NCBI GenBank assembly: GCA_031283585.1
Contig: JAITBP010000003.1
Coordinates: 109,163-141,162, forward strand
Reading direction: 5' to 3'
DNA: 32,000 nt
Origin: Puniceicoccales bacterium
Lineage (GTDB): Bacteria > Verrucomicrobiota > Verrucomicrobiia > Opitutales > LL51
Below, piece after piece: positions 25,757-32,000 of the stretch; the stretch's first letter is position 1; each line of letters starts with the position of its first letter. A program made the position numbers and the translations under genes. A model generated the notes under the pieces. It ran no database searches, was not told the DNA's origin, and worked only from the letters and a program-made list of their open reading frames with translations.

Positions 25757-26632
25757 ATGGAAAGAGCATTTGTTAAACTACCATCACAGGAAATCGCTGA
25801 AAAAATCAATGAGTTCATCCAGCGCAAACAATTACTTGAATGGGTCATCGAAACCGAAGCCAGTGGTATCACATTGAGTGGATATTTCCCCAAGGTCAGC
25901 AACGAGGATATTACGGTAATAACCAGTGAGTTTACCTCACTAAACCTGGGAATGTTTAGGGTGGAGAAAGTTGTGAAGAAAGATTGGTCCAATGAATACA
26001 AGAAATTTCTGACCCCATTTAGTATTGGTTCATTGCATATCGTACCAGTGTGGGAGAAAGAAACCTATAACGTTCCAGCCGGTGAACTTGTTGTTTATAT
26101 AGATTCGGAAATGGCATTTGGCACCGGAGCACATGAAACAACAAAATTATGCCTGGCTAGAATAATAGATTTCAAAAATCTGTTCCGTGATATGCTATTT
26201 CTTAAAAGCTTCATAGATGTTGGCTGTGGATCTGGAATTCTATCACTTGCTGCAGCAAAAATTGGCGTAGCCAATGTCTATGGATTTGATGTGGATGAAC
26301 ATTCGGTTGAGGTTAGCAGGAAAAATGCCAAGGTAAACGAGGTATCCAATGGCATTGAATTTGTTGTCGGAAATATACAGGAATGTATACTTGGCCATCA
26401 GGCCGATATGATTTGCGCCAACATATTGGCACCCACACTAATGGAGAATGCATCAATTCTTGTGAACACCATCAAACAGTACGGTATGCTGTCACTTAGC
26501 GGTATATTGATTGAAGAAAGTATGGCTGTCAAAGATGTTTTTGAGCCACTCGTCAATAGGTATTGGGATTCTTTCATGCTTAGTGAAAGAAAAAATGGCT
26601 CCTGGATCGAAATTTGTTATATGCGAGGCTAG
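25757..26632 (+). CDS. prmA: Ribosomal protein L11 methyltransferase
   Basis: 291 aa. It has IDSEMAFGTGAHETTKLCL, the SAM motif IDVGCGSGILSLAAAKIG, and ICANIL. Confidence 0.9.
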   Translation: MERAFVKLPSQEIAEKINEFIQRKQLLEWVIETEASGITLSGYFPKVSNEDITVITSEFTSLNLGMFRVEKVVKKDWSNEYKKFLTPFSIGSLHIVPVWEKETYNVPAGELVVYIDSEMAFGTGAHETTKLCLARIIDFKNLFRDMLFLKSFIDVGCGSGILSLAAAKIGVANVYGFDVDEHSVEVSRKNAKVNEVSNGIEFVVGNIQECILGHQADMICANILAPTLMENASILVNTIKQYGMLSLSGILIEESMAVKDVFEPLVNRYWDSFMLSERKNGSWIEICYMRG

Positions 26633-26740
26633 ATTTTTATGGAAATAAAAGGGTAATATGCGTGGCTTTATCTTGTAAAAAGACACTGGACAATATGTTG
26701 ATAATGAGTGACATAATCCCGGTAGTGTGGTACTTTTCTC

Positions 26741-28501
26741 ATGAGTGATAATAATTATGGAATACATGGAATATTTAAGTATTTACGATATTTAAAAGGA
26801 GCCGAGATTGAGATATTTATGGCGGTATTATTCGGTGCAATTACCGGTATTGCCAGTGGATTGGGTGTGCCAGTTGTTCTTGAGGTTGCTTCTAATAAGG
26901 TATTTAATCAATCCAATGTGCCATCTTCGGTCATTGCAGTGTTCTGCATATTGCCATTTATAATAATAACAATCAGGGGTGTTTCTGCGATAATAAGCTC
27001 CTATTTCATAGCATCATGTGGTCAAAAAATAATAGAGGGAATCCGGGTCCTGATATTTAAGAAAATGCAAAAATTACCATTGGCCTATTTTTATCGTGTA
27101 CCTCCAAGTGATCTTATTTCCCGATCGATCAATAGTACAACTATCATTCAAAATACACTAATAGAGATTTCGCACGATTTGATAAAACAGCCCATGACTT
27201 TGCTTGGGGCCATATGTTCTCTTATATATCTATGTATCCGACAGTCGGACGTGGCAATATTGATGCTGTTTATCTTTGCGGTCCCAGTTATTATTATACC
27301 TGTACGTAGATTTGGCAGAAAGCTTCGGGAAAAATCTGGAAAAATGCAAGGTGAAACGGCCAAAATTATAAATAATCTGAACCATAACCTTGCTGCAATA
27401 AAAGAAATAAGAGCATTTTGCCTGGAAAGCTATTTCACATCCAAGTATAGATTGGCCTGCCATGCTTTTTCCGAAGCTTTTCTCAAGGTTGTGAAATATA
27501 ACATGTTGATATCACCTGTGGTTGAAATTATTGCCTCGATTGGAGTGGGCATCGCCATGTTCTATTTATATGAAAAAGGTATCAAAACGAATATCTTTTT
27601 GTCATTGTGTGGAGCTCTATATTTTAGCTATGAGCCAATAAAAAGGATTGGTTGGTTAAATGGTAAGGTCCAGGAAGCTATGGCCGGCATAGACAGGATA
27701 GAAAATATACTTAATGAGCCAGAAGTTATAAGTGATCCGATTGTTCCTGTTAAAATCAACCGATTGCACGGTCACATAAAATTTAAGGATGTAAAATTTT
27801 ATTACGAAGAAAATAAAAATGTTTTTGATGGTATGAATTTGGAGCTGGAAGGTGAAAAAATTTATGCCATTGCTGGCCATAGTGGTGCCGGAAAATCCAC
27901 ATTGGCAAACCTGATTATGCGATTTTATGATGTTAACGCAGGAAGTGTAACCATCGATGGCATAGATGTGAGAGAAATGGCGATTAAGGATTTGAGAAGA
28001 AACATCGCTATTGTCCCACAGGAGCCTGCACTGGTGAATGATACTGTATTTAACAATATAATCTGGGGAAACCTGGCCGCTACCAAAGAAGATGTAATAC
28101 AAGCTGCTAAAAAAGCGTTTGCCCATGACTTTATAGAAAAGCTAGATGACTGTTACGATACGATTGTTGGAGAAGATGGAAGCTTTTTATCCGGCGGACA
28201 AAAACAGCGGTTGGCACTGGCCAGAGCATTTTTAAAAAATTCTCAGATTCTGATCTTCGATGAAGCCACGTCGGCGTTGGACTCTGATAGCGAGCACAAA
28301 ATCTATAAGGCAATAGAAAAGCTGGTGAAGGATAAAACTGTGATAATTATCTCACACAGGTTTAGCATGATGTCCATCGTTGATCAGGTAATCGTGATAG
28401 ACTCGGGTAGGGTCGCTGAAATTGGTACACCGGACGAGTTGCTAAATACAAAATCATCCATATATAGGCATCTCTATGACAATCAAAATTTGATGAAATA
28501 A
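26741..28501 (+). CDS. ABC exporter with fused permease and ATPase, MsbA-like (lipid A/lipid flippase family)
   Basis: 586 aa. It has a six-TM exporter domain, followed by Walker A GHSGAGKST, Q-loop VPQEP, signature LSGGQKQRLALARAF, Walker B ILIFDEATSALD and H-loop ISHR. It is adjacent to hldD. The specific substrate cannot be determined from sequence alone. Confidence 0.7.
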   Translation: MSDNNYGIHGIFKYLRYLKGAEIEIFMAVLFGAITGIASGLGVPVVLEVASNKVFNQSNVPSSVIAVFCILPFIIITIRGVSAIISSYFIASCGQKIIEGIRVLIFKKMQKLPLAYFYRVPPSDLISRSINSTTIIQNTLIEISHDLIKQPMTLLGAICSLIYLCIRQSDVAILMLFIFAVPVIIIPVRRFGRKLREKSGKMQGETAKIINNLNHNLAAIKEIRAFCLESYFTSKYRLACHAFSEAFLKVVKYNMLISPVVEIIASIGVGIAMFYLYEKGIKTNIFLSLCGALYFSYEPIKRIGWLNGKVQEAMAGIDRIENILNEPEVISDPIVPVKINRLHGHIKFKDVKFYYEENKNVFDGMNLELEGEKIYAIAGHSGAGKSTLANLIMRFYDVNAGSVTIDGIDVREMAIKDLRRNIAIVPQEPALVNDTVFNNIIWGNLAATKEDVIQAAKKAFAHDFIEKLDDCYDTIVGEDGSFLSGGQKQRLALARAFLKNSQILIFDEATSALDSDSEHKIYKAIEKLVKDKTVIIISHRFSMMSIVDQVIVIDSGRVAEIGTPDELLNTKSSIYRHLYDNQNLMK

Positions 28502-28506
28502 ATATC

Positions 28507-29523
28507 ATGAGAAATCTTTCCAATGGCAGGATATTGGTAACCGGTGGCGCAGGCTTTATCGGTAGCCTATTGATATGGGAATTGAATAACCGCGGCATAG
28601 AAAACATAGTGATCTGTGATCGGCTAGGTAAAGATGGTAGATTCAAGAATATAATTCCATTGCGTTTTGATGACTATATCGATGCCGACGAGTTGCTAGG
28701 GAAAATAACTACCAATGATGGCAAACTGAAGGATCTGGACACGGTGTTTCATCTTGGAGCCTGTGCAGTGACCGCAGAGGCAGACTGTGACTATCTAATG
28801 AAGAATAATTTTGAGTACACGAAAGCCCTGGCGAAGTTTGCGCTGGCCAATGACTGCAGATTTGTATATGCTTCATCAGCAGCGACCTATGGTGATGGAA
28901 CCGGTGGCATGTCGGACGGTGATGATAATCTCTACGATCTTAGACCATTGAATATGTATGGCTATTCGAAACATCTGTTCGATTGCTATGCCAAACGCCA
29001 TGGATTTTTGGATAAAATATATGGCTTGAAGTACTTTAATGTTTTTGGTCCAAACGAAAATCACAAGGGTGACATGATCAGTATGGTACGAAGAGCCTAT
29101 GACCAAATCATTGATAACGGAGCTGTGAATTTGTTTCGGAGCTATAGAAACGATTACAAAGACGGTGAGCAGCTCAGGGATTTTATCTATGTGAAAGATG
29201 CTGTAGACATCACGATATTCCTAGCAACGGTGGATTCCATAGCCGATGGAAAACCGACTGGCGGTCTGTTTAATGTTGGTTCCGGTGAATCTCATAGCTG
29301 GATCGAGTTGGTAACACCTATCTTCGAAACCCTGGATATTCCAGTGAATATAAACTTCATAGATATGCCCGGATGGCTGGTTGACAAATATCAATATTAT
29401 ACCAGAGCAGATCTGGGAAAGCTAAGAAGGCTAGGGTATACCAAAAAAATGACAAAATTGAGCGATGCGGTCATCGACTATGTTAAAAATTATCTTATAC
29501 CTGACAGGTTGGTTGGGTATTAA
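28507..29523 (+). CDS. hldD: ADP-L-glycero-D-manno-heptose 6-epimerase
   Basis: 338 aa. It has ILVTGGAGFIGS, FHLGAC, YASSAATYG, MYGYSKHLFD, YFNVFGPNENHKG and RDFIYVKD. It is colinear with E. coli HldD (RfaD) as I recall it. Confidence 0.85.
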   Translation: MRNLSNGRILVTGGAGFIGSLLIWELNNRGIENIVICDRLGKDGRFKNIIPLRFDDYIDADELLGKITTNDGKLKDLDTVFHLGACAVTAEADCDYLMKNNFEYTKALAKFALANDCRFVYASSAATYGDGTGGMSDGDDNLYDLRPLNMYGYSKHLFDCYAKRHGFLDKIYGLKYFNVFGPNENHKGDMISMVRRAYDQIIDNGAVNLFRSYRNDYKDGEQLRDFIYVKDAVDITIFLATVDSIADGKPTGGLFNVGSGESHSWIELVTPIFETLDIPVNINFIDMPGWLVDKYQYYTRADLGKLRRLGYTKKMTKLSDAVIDYVKNYLIPDRLVGY

Positions 29524-29534
29524 TTGGCTAGGTT

Positions 29535-30509
29535 ATGTCTTCTGGTGATATGCTAAAAGTTGAGCGATTGACAAAGAAATATAATGGCATGGCCGTGATA
29601 GATGATCTTTCGTTTTCTGTGAAAAGCGGTGAAATTGTCGGACTATTAGGACCAAATGGGGCAGGTAAGTCAACGGTACTAAACATAATTGCTGGGTTAG
29701 TGGATGCAACCAGTGGTAACATAGAAATTTGCGGAGACTCGGTGCCCTACGATGACTATGCAGCTAAGAAACATATCGGGTTTTTGACCGAAAAAAATCC
29801 ATTGCCAGAAAAGCTACGGGTTGGTGAGTTTCTAAGATTACGTGCGGCTTTGAAAGGTATTCCCAGTGCCTTGATTAGATTACATGTGGAAAAGCTAATG
29901 CGTATGACCGATGTTTTTAGAAAAGCTCGTTATCGTGTAATCGGTACCTTATCAAAAGGGTACAAACAGAGAATTGGTATCGCCGATGCTTTCCTTGGAA
30001 ATGCGGAGCTGATTATGTTGGATGAGCCAACCATAGGTCTGGATCCGCATCAAATGATAATTTTCAGAGATCTTATTGAAACTTTCCGTGGCAAAAGAAC
30101 GATGCTAATCTCAAGCCATCTACTGTCGGAAATCGATGCACTCTGTGACCGTATAATAATAATAAATCATGGAATTTTGGTTGCCAGTGGAACCATCGAC
30201 GAATTAAGAAGCAAATTTGCCCATAGTGAGTCGATAAAAATCAAAGTGCTGGGCGATATTAACGCCATCGATAGGTTTAAGCATAGGGTCAAAGGCTGCT
30301 CGTTTTCTGAGATAAATACCGATATAGCTAGCAATGTACATGAATTTAGTATAACGATAGACAGCAGAGTCACTTCCGGTGATCTGAGGGAAAAAGTTGT
30401 GCATTTTGATGGTTGGAAATTAATTGAAATGTCAGAAAAAAAACTTTCGCTGGAAGAAATTTTTTTGGCGGCCACAGAAAGATGTTGGGATAATCCTAGT
30501 TCGTTATGA
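29535..30509 (+). CDS. ABC transporter ATP-binding protein, ABC-2/GldA-like subfamily
   Basis: 324 aa. It has Walker A GPNGAGKST, signature LSKGYKQRIGIA (the GldA/CcmA-like variant of LSGGQ), Walker B LIMLDEPTIGLD and H-loop SSHLL, plus a ~90-aa C-terminal domain. Confidence 0.85.
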   Translation: MSSGDMLKVERLTKKYNGMAVIDDLSFSVKSGEIVGLLGPNGAGKSTVLNIIAGLVDATSGNIEICGDSVPYDDYAAKKHIGFLTEKNPLPEKLRVGEFLRLRAALKGIPSALIRLHVEKLMRMTDVFRKARYRVIGTLSKGYKQRIGIADAFLGNAELIMLDEPTIGLDPHQMIIFRDLIETFRGKRTMLISSHLLSEIDALCDRIIIINHGILVASGTIDELRSKFAHSESIKIKVLGDINAIDRFKHRVKGCSFSEINTDIASNVHEFSITIDSRVTSGDLREKVVHFDGWKLIEMSEKKLSLEEIFLAATERCWDNPSSL

Positions 30510-30566
30510 AACTAGGAAGATTTTACTTGCCTAGTGGATGCTTGCTAGTAAGTTTCGCCGAATCTC

Positions 30567-31835
30567 ATGTATGATATAGAAAAAACAAAAGACTCTTGCC
30601 AATTGATGGCATGGATTGTATGGCTCGCAGCAGTTTTTTTTTATTTTTATGAACTGTTCGTAAGAGTTGCCCCGGGTGCAATGCTGCAGGAAATGCAGGC
30701 CTACTATGGCGTAAATGCCGGCACATTTGGTATGGCATCTGGTGTATATTACTATGTGTATGCTCCGATGCAGTTGGTAGCCGGTGTTATGCTCGATAGA
30801 CTGGGTGGTCGAGTTATTATGGCCTGGGCAAGTATAATTGTAACGATTGGTTGTACGATTGTTTTATTGCCAATAAATTCGGTGGTAGTTTTTGCTCTGG
30901 CTAGATTTTTCATGGGGTTTGGTTCGGCGTTTGGATTCATAGGTGTTATGTATCTTGCAACGGTATGGATCCATAAGGGAAAACTGTCACTGGTTTCCGG
31001 ATTGACGACAGCAACTGGTTTTATTGGCGCCATATTGGCTCTGAAGGTAATACCGGATTTCGTATTTGATATTGGCTGGAAAACCTGCTGGAAACGTTCG
31101 GCTTGCTTTGGTGTACTTTCAACAGCTATTCTTTTATTATTTGTTCCAAAGACTCCGGTTTGGGAGCAGAAAAGAAAAGAAGCCAACTTCGAAGAATTTT
31201 CAGATAAAAACTTTTTAACCGGCTTCCTCGAAGTTATTAAGAACTCACAGACCTGGGTGCTCGGGATAGTTGGTGGTTTACTATATATGCCGACGACGGT
31301 TTTTGGCGATCTCTGGGGAAAGGAATTTGTTGAATCCGTATGTGGCGTATCAGACGGCGGAATGGCTACAGCTATGTTGTATACAGGTTGGCTGTTCGGT
31401 GCACCATTCTGGGGGTTCATATCAGACAAGAGCGGATTGAAGAAATCGTTGTTGATTTTTAGTACAATTTCCTGTCCATTGCTTATGACAATAATGCTGT
31501 TGCTTGATGACATTTCTCTGGATACAATCAAGATTTTATTGTTTCTCACCGGATTTGTTTCTGCGCCCCAGGTGATATGTTTTGTCGCTAGCATAGAGAT
31601 CAACCCCAAATATGCCAGTGGTAGTGCCATAGCAGTGGTTAATATGATTGTGACATTTGTTGGTGGATTATTACAGCCAGCGGTGGGTTATATATTGGAT
31701 ATGCTGTCAGGTAATTCTGACACACATAATTATTCATCGACGGATTTTAGAATAGCGATGGCGGTGATGCCAATAGCAGTTGCTCTGGGGTTTTTTATCA
31801 CATTGCTCATAAAATTAAAGCGAAAACATGAATAA
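30567..31835 (+). CDS. MFS transporter
   Basis: 422 aa with about 12 predicted TM helices. It has the MFS loop 2-3 motif GVMLDRLGGRVIM and a central cytoplasmic loop (PVWEQKRKEANFEEFSDKN). Confidence 0.85.
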   Translation: MYDIEKTKDSCQLMAWIVWLAAVFFYFYELFVRVAPGAMLQEMQAYYGVNAGTFGMASGVYYYVYAPMQLVAGVMLDRLGGRVIMAWASIIVTIGCTIVLLPINSVVVFALARFFMGFGSAFGFIGVMYLATVWIHKGKLSLVSGLTTATGFIGAILALKVIPDFVFDIGWKTCWKRSACFGVLSTAILLLFVPKTPVWEQKRKEANFEEFSDKNFLTGFLEVIKNSQTWVLGIVGGLLYMPTTVFGDLWGKEFVESVCGVSDGGMATAMLYTGWLFGAPFWGFISDKSGLKKSLLIFSTISCPLLMTIMLLLDDISLDTIKILLFLTGFVSAPQVICFVASIEINPKYASGSAIAVVNMIVTFVGGLLQPAVGYILDMLSGNSDTHNYSSTDFRIAMAVMPIAVALGFFITLLIKLKRKHE

Positions 31836-31836
31836 A

Positions 31837-32000
31837 TTAGTGATTAGCTGTGTAGAGATGCATGGATATTGATTCTGCAATCTCGGTACCTAGTTGTATC
31901 ACCGCTTGTTCCATTCCAGACACTATGTGAACATATTTGTTGTTGTTCTGCTTTTCTTCTTTCTTTTCATCATCATCACTATTATCGTCGGATATGTACG
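31837..32000 (-). CDS. 3' end of an unidentified minus-strand gene. The 5' part lies beyond the window.
   Basis: My own translation of the minus strand (codons from 31998 down) gives 53 open codons: YISDDNSDDDEKKEEKQNNNKYVHIVSGMEQAVIQLGTEIAESISMHLYTANH, then TAA (31839..31837). I recognise no family. Support is only an open frame at the window edge in AT-rich DNA. Confidence 0.3.
   Translation of the reverse strand, partial: YISDDNSDDDEKKEEKQNNNKYVHIVSGMEQAVIQLGTEIAESISMHLYTANH

Noticed and set aside
25303-26001. A 232-aa minus-strand ORF
   Set aside because: It spans the junction of two strongly supported plus-strand genes (rpe and prmA) and has no recognisable motifs. It is an antisense shadow ORF.
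30511-30535. An inverted repeat, ACTAGG ... CCTAGT, after the ABC ATPase gene, considered as a possible intrinsic terminator
   Set aside because: It has only a 6-bp stem with a 13-nt loop, low GC content and no following T-run. It is better treated as part of the CTAG-box observation than as a terminator.
30634-30642. Homopolymer runs inside coding sequence, considered as possible phase-variation tracts. They include T9 here in the MFS gene, and A8/T8 runs near 4075, 7338, 20146, 21966 and 30437.
   Set aside because: Runs of 8-9 A or T are expected in AT-rich coding DNA. All the host ORFs are intact, and the genes are housekeeping rather than surface-variable loci.
30752-31630. A 292-aa ORF on the minus strand, unusually long for AT-rich DNA
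   Set aside because: It lies entirely antisense to the well-supported MFS transporter gene. Its composition is Ser/Pro/Asn/Thr-rich and low in complexity, with no motifs. That is typical of the complementary frame of a hydrophobic membrane-protein gene.
1-32000. A search for tRNA, rRNA, ncRNA, CRISPR arrays, IS elements, integrases, prophage genes or defence genes, and for an alternative genetic code
   Set aside because: No spacer exceeds about 214 nt. I saw no direct or inverted long repeats and no recombinase-like ORF. All three standard stop codons (TAA, TAG, TGA) terminate well-supported genes, so there is no sign of stop-codon reassignment.

Overview
This is an AT-rich, very gene-dense chromosomal segment of a diderm (outer-membrane-bearing) bacterium. 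By my gene calls it is about 96% coding, and the largest spacer is about 214 nt. I call about 30 CDS. I saw no rRNA or tRNA genes, CRISPR array, transposase or integrase, long repeat, or obvious compositional island.

Positions 1..8632 form one minus-strand run: ECF sigma factor, putative anti-sigma factor, an HtrA/DegS-like PDZ protein with a substituted catalytic triad, a small secreted protein, a KAS III paralogue, mpl, a SurA-like chaperone, an OppB-type permease, yajC, and secD (partial, found by my own translation and absent from the ORF track).

The remainder is mostly plus-strand: mutL, a 7TM-HD (PgpH-like) protein, lpxI, a lolC/E-family gene, a YhaM-like OB+HD nuclease, rnhB (minus strand), a stand-alone 1146-aa enzyme that I tentatively read as a PPi-type PEP carboxykinase, an orphan prepilin-type protein (minus strand), rpmF-plsX-fabH, bamD and an lptE-like gene, rpe, prmA, an msbA-like exporter, hldD, a GldA-like ABC ATPase, an MFS transporter, and the 3' tail of an unidentified minus-strand gene.

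The content is core housekeeping dominated by envelope biogenesis. I cannot honestly point to a defence island, mobile element or clearly novel multi-gene system.

The items most worth a second look are:
- the ECF sigma cluster, whose DegS-like member has His, Asp and Ser all replaced;
- the large PEPCK-motif enzyme;
- a second KAS III gene translationally coupled to mpl;
- small-scale sequence regularities: an identical TTGCCTATG context at three start codons, CTAG-centred boxes in the 5' spacers, few Shine-Dalgarno (SD) sequences, and no intrinsic terminators.

Taxonomy cannot be fixed from this window. The prepilin-type protein, LpxI and the possible PPi-linked metabolism are compatible with a PVC-like lineage, but that is a low-confidence guess.
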